Source of the DNA: an uncultured cyanobacterium | Lineage (GTDB): Bacteria > Cyanobacteriota > Cyanobacteriia > PCC-6307 > Cyanobiaceae | Reading direction: 5' to 3' | NCBI GenBank assembly: GCA_963765575.1 | Contig: CAVXWZ010000011.1 | Coordinates: forward strand, 256,001-320,000 | DNA length: 64,000 bases | Shown here: positions 24,019-33,390 of the stretch, in pieces | Numbering within the stretch: the first letter of the stretch is position 1 | Layout: every line of letters starts with the position of its first letter | Notes under the pieces: generated by a model | Seen by the model: the letters and a program-made list of their open reading frames with translations, nothing else | The model's database searches: none | What the model was told of the DNA's origin: nothing | Position numbers and translations under genes: made by a program

Positions 24019-24384
24019 TCAGGGGCGGGCGGTCTTGGTGGTCACGGCAATGCCGCCATCCCCACCCTGGGGTGCGGCTGGCTCCTGGAGCGTCTGCGCC
24101 ACCCGCTGGAGTTCGCCGATCGCGTCGGCTCCCTCCAGCTTCACCAGTTCGTGACCATCACGGGACTCGACCCAGCTGATGCCGAAGTCGGAGACCAGGA
24201 AGCGCACCATGTGGTTGCTGCCCAGGCTGGCCACAAACGAGGCGCCGGACCCGTCGCGGCCGTCGCCGCAGCTGTAGCAGGTGGCGGCCATGCCGCGATC
24301 CTGAAGGCTGCGGGCCAGGGCCTCAAGGCTGAGCACAAGATCGTGAACGAGACAGCGGTATTGCTCCGCCAGGCGGGGAAACAT
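24019..24384 (-). CDS. Conserved cyanobacterial protein (DUF1815-like)
   Basis: RLAEQYR...ATCYSCGDG...ASFVA...VRFLVSDFGISWVE. Confidence 0.8.
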   Translation of the reverse strand: MFPRLAEQYRCLVHDLVLSLEALARSLQDRGMAATCYSCGDGRDGSGASFVASLGSNHMVRFLVSDFGISWVESRDGHELVKLEGADAIGELQRVAQTLQEPAAPQGGDGGIAVTTKTARP

Positions 24385-24495
24385 CGAAGCAATGCCGCAA
24401 ACTGCTGGAACGCTAAGGTTTTCTTCAGGTTTTTGTGGGTGTAAATACCCATCTCCGCACCTGCGCGGCCTGCACCTGCGCTGGCGGCACTGGGC

Positions 24496-24744
24496 TCAGC
24501 CGTCCGACAGGGCCCACCAGCCGGCGGCAGGGCCGATGAAGCGCACCGCGACCCAGAAGATCACCAGGGCGGCAATGCCCACCCAGGCCCCCCGGGTGCT
24601 GACGGCAACAAAGCGGTCGGCCTGATTGCGGGTGAACGGCAGCCAGGAAATCAGCCGGGGTGAGCTGTCGACCTCCCGTGCCGACGCCGGCTTGCTCTGC
24701 CGGGGGGGCAGCCCCTGGATGCTGCGTCGCTTGGCTTCTCCCAT
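24496..24744 (-). CDS. Small membrane protein (DUF2839-like)
   Basis: MGEAKRR...GAWVGIAALVIFWVAVRFIGPAAGWW. Confidence 0.85.
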   Translation of the reverse strand: MGEAKRRSIQGLPPRQSKPASAREVDSSPRLISWLPFTRNQADRFVAVSTRGAWVGIAALVIFWVAVRFIGPAAGWWALSDG

Positions 24745-24838
24745 CAGATTCCCCCGTTGCCTGCCGGCAGGCTAGTCAGCCGAGTCCCGAGCACTGCAGT
24801 GGGTCTCGGTCCCTTCGGCATCGACAAGCCGGCCGCAT

Positions 24839-26281
24839 TCAGTGGGGCAGCAGCCGGCTGAGCGGCAACCAGGGGTCGAGCGCTGCCAGCACCTGTCGTC
24901 CCCAGCTCCTGCCGCGCAGGCGTCCATCAAGGATGGCCAGGCGCCCGCCGCCGCGACGCAGTCCAGCCACCGCCAGTTGCAGGCGGGTGAGGCCGTCGGG
25001 CAGCAGCCGTTCACGAAACCAGTCACGGCCCTGGCGGCGCAGGGCCTGCACCTGGGCGGCTGTGAGGGGGTCCTCCAGGCTGGCGATCGGCAGCAGCGCC
25101 ACCACGATCTGGCAGGGCAGGGGTAGACGCTGGTGCCGCTCCAGCCACCAGCTCCAGCGGCAGCACACAACGCCGTTGACCTCCGGTGCGGTGCTCTCCA
25201 GCACCACCCGGCTGCCGAATTCGGCGGCCAGGCCGCTGGCCAGGGTCAGGCGCAGCGCCCTGTCGTCGAGCAGGATCACGCTCAGCCCCGACTGCCCCAG
25301 CACCAGGCGCCGGCATTGCTCCAGCAGGTGCTGGCCGAAATGGGGACTGTTGGGCAGCGGTTGCCGCAGGGGAGCGAACAGGGGCAGGGGGTCGGACAGG
25401 GGCGGATCGCCCAGATCCACGCACACCCGCGGCGTCAGTCCGAGCTCCTCACCCGACTGGCGGGCCGGACCGAGCTGGCCGATGACCACCGCGCCGCGGC
25501 CCTCCAGCAGCCCATCGAGCACCTGCAGCGGTTCCAGGGGCTGGCGATGCAGGGTCCACTGCAGCAGCCGGACGTCGCGCTCGGCCCAGCTGGTCCAGCG
25601 CCGGTTGTCGCTGGCCAGCCAGCGGGGCCACGGTTCGGGCAAGGGTCCCAGCAGGGCCAGCAACTGCCGCAGCGGGGCTTCGTCCTCCTCCGCCAGGGGC
25701 ACCAGAGCGGAGGGGCTGCGCGGGTGCTGCAGCACCCGGCGGCTGAGCCTGGCGTGGAGCTCCAGCAGGGTCGCGGCCGCGGCGGGCTGGGCTCGCCGCA
25801 GCTGATCCCAGTGGCTGGGCTGCAGGCGGATCGCCAGGGCCTGCCGCAGCAGCGCATCGAGCTGTTCGGCTTCCGGGATCACCAGCTGGCGGTCTGCCAG
25901 GGCCCCGCGCTGCCAGGCCGCCACGAGCTGGCGGTGGCTGAGCAGCCACACCCTGGCCTCGCCGGGGTCATCTCCCTCCAGGCAGGGCAGGGCCAGGCCC
26001 GCATCGGCGGCCATCAGCCGCGGCAGCTCCAGCTGCAGCAGCCGTTGCCGCAGGGGCTCGCTCACCACCACAGCCAGGCGGGTCTCGCTCAGGGCCAGGG
26101 GCACCAGCAGGCTGATCAGCCAGCTCGGGTCGCTGCCCGGGGCCAGCCGCACCAGGGTGTGGTCGTTGCGGCGCAGGCTGCGGCCCACCAGGCGGCTGAG
26201 GCTCAGGTGGTGGGGCCAGCGCTGGCTGCCCTCGCGCTGCAGCAGGGCCTTGAGCTGGTGGTGGGCGCGGGCTTCGAGCAT
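24839..26281 (-). CDS. DinG-related helicase-like protein (degenerate)
   Basis: MLEARAHHQLK...WPHHLSLSRLVGRSL; C-terminal DWFRERLLP...AILDGRLRGRSWG resembles Helicase_C_2. Confidence 0.75.
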   Translation of the reverse strand: MLEARAHHQLKALLQREGSQRWPHHLSLSRLVGRSLRRNDHTLVRLAPGSDPSWLISLLVPLALSETRLAVVVSEPLRQRLLQLELPRLMAADAGLALPCLEGDDPGEARVWLLSHRQLVAAWQRGALADRQLVIPEAEQLDALLRQALAIRLQPSHWDQLRRAQPAAAATLLELHARLSRRVLQHPRSPSALVPLAEEDEAPLRQLLALLGPLPEPWPRWLASDNRRWTSWAERDVRLLQWTLHRQPLEPLQVLDGLLEGRGAVVIGQLGPARQSGEELGLTPRVCVDLGDPPLSDPLPLFAPLRQPLPNSPHFGQHLLEQCRRLVLGQSGLSVILLDDRALRLTLASGLAAEFGSRVVLESTAPEVNGVVCCRWSWWLERHQRLPLPCQIVVALLPIASLEDPLTAAQVQALRRQGRDWFRERLLPDGLTRLQLAVAGLRRGGGRLAILDGRLRGRSWGRQVLAALDPWLPLSRLLPH

Positions 26282-26340
26282 CCGCCGTCAGCCGGTGCCA
26301 GTGGATCGTAGGAAGCTGACCCAAGGGCACGGCAACAGCG

Positions 26341-27249
26341 ATGACAACTCCTGCTTCCCCCCCGGGGGCCCAGCCACCGGCTGTGACGTCTCTGCAGGGG
26401 CCGGTGGGCCTGGTGGGTCTGGGGCTGATCGGCGGCTCCCTTGGGCTCGATCTGCAGCAGCGCGGCCTTGAGGTGCGTGCCCTGGTGCGCCGCCCCGAGA
26501 CTGCCGAGCGGGCGCGTCAGCGCGGCCTGGCCCAGGTGGTGGACACCGATGCGGCGGTGCTGGCCGGCTGTCGGCTGGTGGTGCTGGCGCTGCCCCTCGA
26601 TCGCCTGCTGGAGCCCCCCCCGTCGCTGCTCGCCGCCCTGCCGCCGGCAGCGGTGGTCACCGATGTGGGCTCGGTGAAAGCGCCTGTACTGCAGCGTTGG
26701 CGTGGCCTCCATCCCCGCTTTGTGGCCAGTCACCCCATGGCCGGCAGCACCGAGGCCGGGGTGGAGGCCGGCCGGCTGGATCTGTTTCGCGGTCGCCCCT
26801 GGGTGGCGACGCCCGAGGCCGGCAGCGACGCATCGGCCCTGGCCACCGTCCAGGCGCTGGCGGCAGCGGTGGGGGCCTGCTGGCTCACCTGTGCCGCCGC
26901 CGAACACGATCGGGCGGTGGCGCTGATCTCCCATCTGCCGGTGCTGGTCAGTGCCGCGCTGCTGCTGGCCGCCGATCGGGGCGCGGCCGCTGGGCCGCCT
27001 GATCAGGGCCTTCCCGGGCTCACACGGGCCCTGGCCTCGAGCGGCTTTGCCGACACCACCCGGGTGGGTGCGGGAAACCCGGAGCTGGGCGCGCTGATGG
27101 CCCGTTGCAACCGCGAGGCGGTGGGTGAGGCCCTGGCCGGCTACCGCCGCTGCCTCGATGGGCTCGAGCAGAGGCTGGCGCTGGAGGACTGGCAGGGCCT
27201 GCAGCAGGAGTTGGACCACTGCCGGCAGCTGCGCGGGGACTTCCTCTGA
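26341..27249 (+). CDS. tyrA: Prephenate/arogenate dehydrogenase
   Basis: GLGLIGGS, TDVGSVK, HPMAG, HDRAVALISHLP, SSGFADTTRV. Confidence 0.93.
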   Translation: MTTPASPPGAQPPAVTSLQGPVGLVGLGLIGGSLGLDLQQRGLEVRALVRRPETAERARQRGLAQVVDTDAAVLAGCRLVVLALPLDRLLEPPPSLLAALPPAAVVTDVGSVKAPVLQRWRGLHPRFVASHPMAGSTEAGVEAGRLDLFRGRPWVATPEAGSDASALATVQALAAAVGACWLTCAAAEHDRAVALISHLPVLVSAALLLAADRGAAAGPPDQGLPGLTRALASSGFADTTRVGAGNPELGALMARCNREAVGEALAGYRRCLDGLEQRLALEDWQGLQQELDHCRQLRGDFL

Positions 27250-27289
27250 GCGCCTGCATCAGCCGAGCCCTGGGTGTGGCCGCGCGCCC

Positions 27290-28798
27290 TCAGGCCTGCA
27301 GCTGCAGCGTGATGCCCCGGCGCTCGAGCAGCTGACGGCAGGCGGTGAGCGCCGAGAGACTCACCCCTGCGGTGCCTTCGCCGGGATAGATGGCGTCGCC
27401 GCAGAGCCACAGCCCGGCCAGCGCTGTGCGGCTGGCCAGGCCGAAGGGGCCGAAGCAGCGGGGCCGTTGCCCCAGCCCCCCCACGAAGCCGAAGGGCCGG
27501 CCAGTCCAGCGGGCAAAGCCCCGCGGCGTTGCCAGCTCGGCATGCAACCAGGTGTCCGCCGCCAGGCCCAGACCCTGCTCCAGCCCCGCCTGGATCGAGC
27601 CCTGGGCTTCGGCCTTGGCCCTGTCGTAGGCGCTGGCTGTGCCGTTGAACCAGGGCCGCGCTGCCGTGAACACGCTGGCGATCACGGTGGCCTGGCCGAT
27701 GGGCGCCCGGCCATCGCCCTCATGGCTCACGGACACGAACAGGGGGCCGGGGCTGGTGCCGTCGAACTGGAGGTGGGAGGGGACGCCGGCCGGCAGCGAA
27801 CGCCGTGGCACCGCGGCGTAGAGCACCAGGGCACCGGAGGGGTCGTCCAGGCTCTCCAGGCGACGGCCGAAGCCGCGGGGCATCTGCTCCCCCAGCAGCT
27901 CCGGCAGGGCCTGGGGTGGGATGGCGAGCACCACATCGCGGCACTGCTGCCGGCAGGCGGGGCGACCCTGGCCGCCCGTCACCTCCAGCTCCCAGAGGCC
28001 GGAGCTGGTTTGCCGCAGAGCGCTCACCCGCTGCCGCAGCCGCAGCCGGCCGCCGGCCGCCGCCAGCGCCTCCTCCAGCCGACCGCTGAGCATCTGCATC
28101 GAGCCGTGCAGATGCCACAGCCCCAGGGGCTCCTGGGCCATGGCCAGCACGGTGGCGCCGTAGAGGGCGGCGGTGCGATCGGCCGGTTCCTGGGAGTAGA
28201 GCCGCAGCTGAAGATCGAGGAAGCGGCGCAGCCGCGGATCCCCGGCGCAGCCGCTCAGCCGCAGCAGGTCGACCACGGTGGCGGTGGCCAGCAGGCCCGA
28301 CGCCAGGTTGGCCGGCTCCAGGGCACGCAACGTCTGGGCCAGGTCCCAGGGGCTGCGGGGCGGCAGCACCGGATCAGCGGCCGCGAACCGCCAGTTGGCC
28401 CGGTGCAGGGCACTGCAGAGACGCCAGAACCGTTCGCTGCCGGGGAAGTGGCGCTGCCGCTCGCGCTGCCAGCGCTTGGGATCCCGCCACAGGTGCACTG
28501 GCTCGCCGCCGCCGCCGAGGTGCACGACGCAGGCCGGATCGAGGGCGGTGGCCTCGGGCAGCGGCACCCCCAGATGCCGGAACAGGCGCGCGTGGCTGCC
28601 CCCCGGCTCCAGGCCCGCCACCTGGGTGGCGCCCACATCGAAGGTGTAGGGACCACGACGGAAGGTTCCGGCGCAGCCGCCGCTCTGGTGGTGGGCTTCC
28701 AGCAGCTCCACCGTCAGCCCCGCCCGGGCCAGCAGCGCCGCCGCCGTGAGTCCGGCGATGCCGGCCCCCACCACCACCACATCCAGCGGCTCGCCCAT
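27290..28798 (-). CDS. crtD: Carotenoid C-3',4' desaturase (CrtI/CrtD family)
   Basis: VVGAGIAGLTAA FAD motif, GGCAGTF, FDVGATQVAG, GDAIYPGEGTAGV. Confidence 0.82.
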   Translation of the reverse strand: MGEPLDVVVVGAGIAGLTAAALLARAGLTVELLEAHHQSGGCAGTFRRGPYTFDVGATQVAGLEPGGSHARLFRHLGVPLPEATALDPACVVHLGGGGEPVHLWRDPKRWQRERQRHFPGSERFWRLCSALHRANWRFAAADPVLPPRSPWDLAQTLRALEPANLASGLLATATVVDLLRLSGCAGDPRLRRFLDLQLRLYSQEPADRTAALYGATVLAMAQEPLGLWHLHGSMQMLSGRLEEALAAAGGRLRLRQRVSALRQTSSGLWELEVTGGQGRPACRQQCRDVVLAIPPQALPELLGEQMPRGFGRRLESLDDPSGALVLYAAVPRRSLPAGVPSHLQFDGTSPGPLFVSVSHEGDGRAPIGQATVIASVFTAARPWFNGTASAYDRAKAEAQGSIQAGLEQGLGLAADTWLHAELATPRGFARWTGRPFGFVGGLGQRPRCFGPFGLASRTALAGLWLCGDAIYPGEGTAGVSLSALTACRQLLERRGITLQLQA

Positions 28799-28835
28799 GG
28801 CGCCATGCTGGCAAGGCCGATCCCCCGGGCGCGTC

Positions 28836-29744
28836 GTGATCGCCTCACCCCAGACGCTGCTCGCCCCCTGGCTCGCCGAGCGCTTGGGGGCGAGACTGCG
28901 GGCCCTGGCGCCGGTGGGCGGAGGCTGCATCCACCAGGCCTGGTGCCTGGATTTCGCCGGCGGCCAGCGGCTGTTCGCCAAGACCAACCAGGCTTCGGCG
29001 TTGCCGATGTTCGAAACCGAGGCCGCCGGACTGTGCGCCCTGGCCGGCTGGGCCCGTCCCCCCCTGCAGGTGCCCAAGCCCCTGGCCGTTGGCCGGGCCG
29101 GCCCGCTGGCGGTGCTGGTGCTCCCCTGGCTGGAACTGCAGGGCGGCGGCGCCGAGCGCTCCGGCGACTGGCGCCAGCTGGGGCGGGGCCTGGCGGAGCT
29201 GCACCGCCGCAGCTGTGGTGCCGAGCGGCGCTACGGATTTGCGGCCGACAACTTCATTGGCTCGGCGCCCCAGGCCAATGCCTGGCATCAGGACTGGGGA
29301 CGGTTCTTCGCCGACTGCCGCCTCGCGCCCCAGCTGGGCCGCGCGGCGGCGGCCGGACAGCCCCTGCGGGGGGGCGAGGAGCTGCTGGCCGATCTGCCGG
29401 CCTGGCTGGGGGGGCATGGCTGCCAGCCGGTGCTGGTGCACGGAGACCTCTGGAGCGGCAATGCTGGCCTGCTGGGGCCCGGTGCTGGCGGGGCCCTGTT
29501 CGACCCGGCCAGTCACTGGGCCGACCGGGAGGTTGACCTGGCCATGGCGCGGCTGTTCGGGGGCTTCCCCCCGGCCTTCTTTGCGGGCTACGACGAGATC
29601 TGGCCGTTGGCGTACGGGGCCGACCAGCGCGTTCCCCTCTACAACCTGTATCACCTGCTCAACCACGCCAACCTGTTCGGTGGTGGCTACTGGGGTCAGG
29701 CCCAGGCCAACATCGATGCATTGCTGGCCGCCCGGCCCAGCTGA
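28836..29744 (+). CDS. Fructosamine kinase family protein
   Basis: VGGGCIH, DNFIG, LVHGDLWSGN, DREVDLAM, YNLYHLLNHANLFG; start uncertain. Confidence 0.9.
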   Translation: MIASPQTLLAPWLAERLGARLRALAPVGGGCIHQAWCLDFAGGQRLFAKTNQASALPMFETEAAGLCALAGWARPPLQVPKPLAVGRAGPLAVLVLPWLELQGGGAERSGDWRQLGRGLAELHRRSCGAERRYGFAADNFIGSAPQANAWHQDWGRFFADCRLAPQLGRAAAAGQPLRGGEELLADLPAWLGGHGCQPVLVHGDLWSGNAGLLGPGAGGALFDPASHWADREVDLAMARLFGGFPPAFFAGYDEIWPLAYGADQRVPLYNLYHLLNHANLFGGGYWGQAQANIDALLAARPS

Positions 29745-29766
29745 CGGCCCATGCCGCCAGCCCCGA

Positions 29767-29833
29767 TCAGCGCCCTATTCAGCCCGCTCGTCAGCGCTTG
29801 GTTCAGCCCTCTGGTCAGCCCTCTGGTCAGCCC
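29767..29833. repeat. 12-nt period imperfect tandem repeat (six TCAGC cores)
   Basis: TCAGC at 29767, 29779, 29791, 29803, 29815, 29827; last units identical (TCAGCCCTCTGG). Confidence 0.8.
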
Positions 29834-30303
29834 AGGTATTCGCTTTTCAGGTTCTGCAGGCGGGACACCACCGCCCCGCGCTTCTCGCCGGTGGTGAGGT
29901 TCTTCCAGCTCCACTGGCCCACCACCACCAGGCCGAGCAGCTCCAACAGTCCCGGCACGATCGGCAGCAGGTTGATGGTGTCGAGCACACCCTTGATCAG
30001 CACCTGGGCCACGATCACGAGCACCAGGATCCCCACGATCTTGCTGATGCGCCCCATCTGGCTCCAGTCCACCTGATCGAGCAGCTCGTTCACCCGGCTG
30101 AGCACCTCGCTGTAGCGCTCGCTGAAGCCGGCAGCCGCATCGGTCCCAGCCTCCGGGCTGAGGGTGGCGTCCACAGCTGCGGCGGTCTCGCTGGCTGCTT
30201 TGTTGACGCTATCGCCGACCGCATTGACCGCCTCGCCGACGGTGCTGGGCTCAGTGCCGGAATCAGTGCCGGAATCGGCCGTGGTGGGCGGGAACTCGCT
30301 CAT
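29827..30303 (-). CDS. CAAD-domain (CurT/PSI-P-like) thylakoid membrane protein
   Basis: Two TM helices, VLDTINLLPIVPGLLELLG, WKNL...R. Confidence 0.85.
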   Translation of the reverse strand: MSEFPPTTADSGTDSGTEPSTVGEAVNAVGDSVNKAASETAAAVDATLSPEAGTDAAAGFSERYSEVLSRVNELLDQVDWSQMGRISKIVGILVLVIVAQVLIKGVLDTINLLPIVPGLLELLGLVVVGQWSWKNLTTGEKRGAVVSRLQNLKSEYLG

Positions 30304-30348
30304 GGGCCTGGGTCGCACACGGAAGACAGTGGTTCATAAGGTATCGGT

Positions 30349-30852
30349 GTGTCCCCCTTCGCGCCAACCGCGGTGGCGTCCGACCGGCGGCTGCGGGTTC
30401 AGCTGCAGCGGCTTTTGGCGGATCCGGCACCGGAAGAAGCCTGCGCCCTGCTGCTCGGCCAGCGGCGCGATGGCGGCGGACTGTGGCGGCTGCGTCGGCT
30501 CTGGCCCTGCCGCAACGTCTGGCCCCAGCCGGCTGAACGACCGCGGCGCTTTGCCATCGATCCGCGCGAGCAGCTGCTGGCCCAGCGCTGGAGCCGCGAG
30601 CGGGGCCTGGAGGTGCTGGGCCACGCCCACAGCCATCCCCGCAGCGCCCCGATTCCGTCCGCCAGCGACCGGCGACTGTGTGTGCTGCCGGCGTTGATGT
30701 TGATCCAGGGTCCGGATGGCGAGCAGCGGATCTGGTGGCTGGCCGACACGGGCGGCGCTGCTGAGCCGACCGGAGAGACCGAGGAAGGCGCAGGGTTTTT
30801 GCCCATGCCGCTCCCGGTGCCGCTCCCGGTGCCATGGACAATGGATGACTGA
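30349..30852 (+). CDS. JAB/MPN+ (M67) metallopeptidase
   Basis: PEEACALLLG...RFAIDP...HAHSHP...PSASD JAMM motif. Confidence 0.88.
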   Translation: MSPFAPTAVASDRRLRVQLQRLLADPAPEEACALLLGQRRDGGGLWRLRRLWPCRNVWPQPAERPRRFAIDPREQLLAQRWSRERGLEVLGHAHSHPRSAPIPSASDRRLCVLPALMLIQGPDGEQRIWWLADTGGAAEPTGETEEGAGFLPMPLPVPLPVPWTMDD

Positions 30853-30898
30853 ATCTGGCCAGCCGCACCCGTGGCCGCGGCCTTCCCTCACCGCCACC

Positions 30899-32071
30899 AT
30901 GCTTCCTCCCGACACCAGCGGCGTTCAGCTCAGCCCCGATGAGGTGGCGCGCTTCTCGCGGCATCTGATCCTGCCGGAGGTGGGCATGGAGGGCCAGAAG
31001 CGTCTCAAGGCCGCGTCGGTGCTGTGCGTGGGCACCGGTGGCCTGGGATCGCCGCTGCTGCTCTACCTGGCCGCCGCCGGCGTTGGCCGCATCGGCATCG
31101 TCGATTTCGACGTGGTGGACCACTCCAACCTGCAGCGCCAGGTGATCCACGGCACCAGCTGGGTGGGCAAGCCCAAGATCGAATCGGCCAAGGCGCGCAT
31201 CCTCGAGATCAATCCCCACTGCCAGGTGGATCTCTACGAGACGGCCCTGACCAGCGAGAACGCCCTCGAGATCATCGAGCCCTACGACCTGGTGTGTGAC
31301 GGCACCGACAACTTCCCCACCCGCTACCTGGTGAACGACGCCTGCGTGCTGCTGGGCAAGCCCAATGTGTACGGCTCGATCTTCCGCTTCGAGGGCCAGG
31401 CCACGGTGTTCAACCTGGATGCCGAAAGCCCCAACTACCGGGATCTGTTCCCCGAGCCGCCACCGCCGGGCATGGTGCCTTCCTGCGCCGAAGGTGGTGT
31501 GGTGGGCGTGCTGCCCGGCATCATCGGCATGATCCAGGCCACCGAGGCGGTGAAGATCATCGTCGGTATCGGCACAACCTTGAGTGGTCGGTTGCTGCTC
31601 TTTGATGCTCTGGGGATGAAGTTCCGCGAGCTGAAGCTGCGCCCCAGCCCCGAGCGTCCGCTGATCGACCGACTCATCGACTACCAGGAGTTCTGCGGTG
31701 TGGGCGGCAGCGCCCCGGGCCAGGAGGAAGCCGGCAGCGTGCCCAGCATCACGGTGGCCGAGCTCAAGACAGTGATCGATGGCCAGATCCAAGACATCCT
31801 GCTGCTGGATGTGCGCAACCCCCAGGAGGCCGACATCGCCGTGATTCCTGGCGCCGTGCTGATGCCCCTCGATCGCATCGAGAGCGGCGAGGCAATCGAT
31901 GACGTGCGCCTCATGGCCGCGGGCAAGAAGCTCTACGTGCACTGCAAACTCGGCGGTCGCAGCGCCAAAGCCCTGCTCGCCCTGGGGCGCCATGGCATCG
32001 AGGGGGTCAACGTGAGCGGCGGTATCGATGCCTGGAGCCAGCACGTGGACCCGGAGGTGCCGCGCTACTGA
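30899..32071 (+). CDS. moeB: MoeB/MoeZ E1-like adenylyltransferase with C-terminal rhodanese
   Basis: RFSRHLILPEVG, GTGGLGS, SNLQRQ, DGTDNFPTRY, rhodanese HCKLGGRS. Confidence 0.93.
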   Translation: MLPPDTSGVQLSPDEVARFSRHLILPEVGMEGQKRLKAASVLCVGTGGLGSPLLLYLAAAGVGRIGIVDFDVVDHSNLQRQVIHGTSWVGKPKIESAKARILEINPHCQVDLYETALTSENALEIIEPYDLVCDGTDNFPTRYLVNDACVLLGKPNVYGSIFRFEGQATVFNLDAESPNYRDLFPEPPPPGMVPSCAEGGVVGVLPGIIGMIQATEAVKIIVGIGTTLSGRLLLFDALGMKFRELKLRPSPERPLIDRLIDYQEFCGVGGSAPGQEEAGSVPSITVAELKTVIDGQIQDILLLDVRNPQEADIAVIPGAVLMPLDRIESGEAIDDVRLMAAGKKLYVHCKLGGRSAKALLALGRHGIEGVNVSGGIDAWSQHVDPEVPRY

Positions 32072-32096
32072 TCCAGCGCGGCGCCCATGGGGCTGC

Positions 32097-33308
32097 TCAA
32101 TAGTCCACGCCGCGCTTGAGATCCACGCCGCGCTCGGCGTAGTGCTTGTGGCACACCATCTCGGAGTGCACCGCAGCCAGGTCGAAGTAGGCGGGGCGGT
32201 TCTTGCAGCGGCCCGTGAGGATCACCTCGGTGTCTGCTGGTTTGCGCAGCAGGGTCTGCACGATCGGCTCCACCGGCAGCAGCTCCAGATCCACGGTGGG
32301 GTTGATCTCGTCGAGGATCACGGTCTTGTACAGACCGCTGGCAATGGCTGCCCGGGCGATCTCCCAGGCCCGCTCCGCTTCCACGTAGTCGATCGGCAAC
32401 TGCTGGCCCCGCCACACGATCGCGTCGCGGCCTGAGCGCAGGTGATCCACCAGGTGGGGATAGCTCTCGCGCAGGGCGGCGATGGCGGCATCCTCGGTGT
32501 AGCCGCTACCCCCCTTCAGCCATTGCAGGATCAGCACCCGGTGGCTCTTGTCCTGGCTGATGCCCCGCCCGATCGCCTGCAGGGCCTTGCCCAGGGCGCT
32601 GGTGCTCTTGCCCTTGCCCTCACCGGTGTAGATCTCGATGCCCTCCAGCCCCAGCGGCAGCTCGCCGGAGCCGTCGGGTCCGCGCTCGCCCTCGGGCAGG
32701 CGGCGCCGGTGACCGCGCATTTCCGAGTGCAGGTCGGCCAGCTGGATGAGCTGGGCGGGTGCCCCCCGGCCGGTGCAGATCACCTCCATCCCCGCCGGCT
32801 TGGCGGCCAAGGTGTGGCAGACCTCATCGTCGTCGAGCAGGCCCAGATTGAGCACCGGGTTGAGCTCGTCGAGCACCACCACCGAGTAGAGATCGGAGGC
32901 GATCGCCCCCTTGGCGATGTCCCAGCCGCGCTGGGCCTCCTGGCGATCGAATCGGGTGATCGCGTCGGCGCCGAAGAACTCGCCGCGGCCGGTGCGCACC
33001 TGGTCGATCAGGTGGGGGAATCCCTGTTGCAGGGCTTCGATGGCGCCGTCCTCGTCGTAGGCCCGGCCTGGGCCTTTGAGGAAGCGCAGCAACAGCACCC
33101 GGGTGCGCTTCTGCTCGCAGATGCCCAGGCCGATGGTGCGCAGCACCACCCCGAGGGCCGCCTGGCTCTTGCCCTTGCCGTCGCCGTCATAGACGTGCAA
33201 CTGGCCGTGGGAGCGCTCCTCGCTGTGGGCGGCGGTGCGGATGCCGATGCCGCGCCCGGTGCCGCGTTGGGTGCCCCGCTGCGGCGTGCCGGTGCTGCTG
33301 GAGCTCAT
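32097..33308 (-). CDS. cobO: Cob(I)yrinic acid a,c-diamide adenosyltransferase, tandem-domain
   Basis: Two repeats: YDGDGKGKSQAA...LDE and YTGEGKGKSTSA...LDE; ends RGVDY. Confidence 0.92.
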   Translation of the reverse strand: MSSSSTGTPQRGTQRGTGRGIGIRTAAHSEERSHGQLHVYDGDGKGKSQAALGVVLRTIGLGICEQKRTRVLLLRFLKGPGRAYDEDGAIEALQQGFPHLIDQVRTGRGEFFGADAITRFDRQEAQRGWDIAKGAIASDLYSVVVLDELNPVLNLGLLDDDEVCHTLAAKPAGMEVICTGRGAPAQLIQLADLHSEMRGHRRRLPEGERGPDGSGELPLGLEGIEIYTGEGKGKSTSALGKALQAIGRGISQDKSHRVLILQWLKGGSGYTEDAAIAALRESYPHLVDHLRSGRDAIVWRGQQLPIDYVEAERAWEIARAAIASGLYKTVILDEINPTVDLELLPVEPIVQTLLRKPADTEVILTGRCKNRPAYFDLAAVHSEMVCHKHYAERGVDLKRGVDY

Positions 33309-33390
33309 GGCGCCGCGACGTTGACTTTGATGCTACCCAGCCTCAGCGGCCCAGCTGCCAGGATCACGGAGGCCTCTGCCGGCATCGCCG

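Noticed and set aside
29767..29833. Possible CRISPR array
   Set aside because: Period is 12 nt with no spacers and no cas genes.
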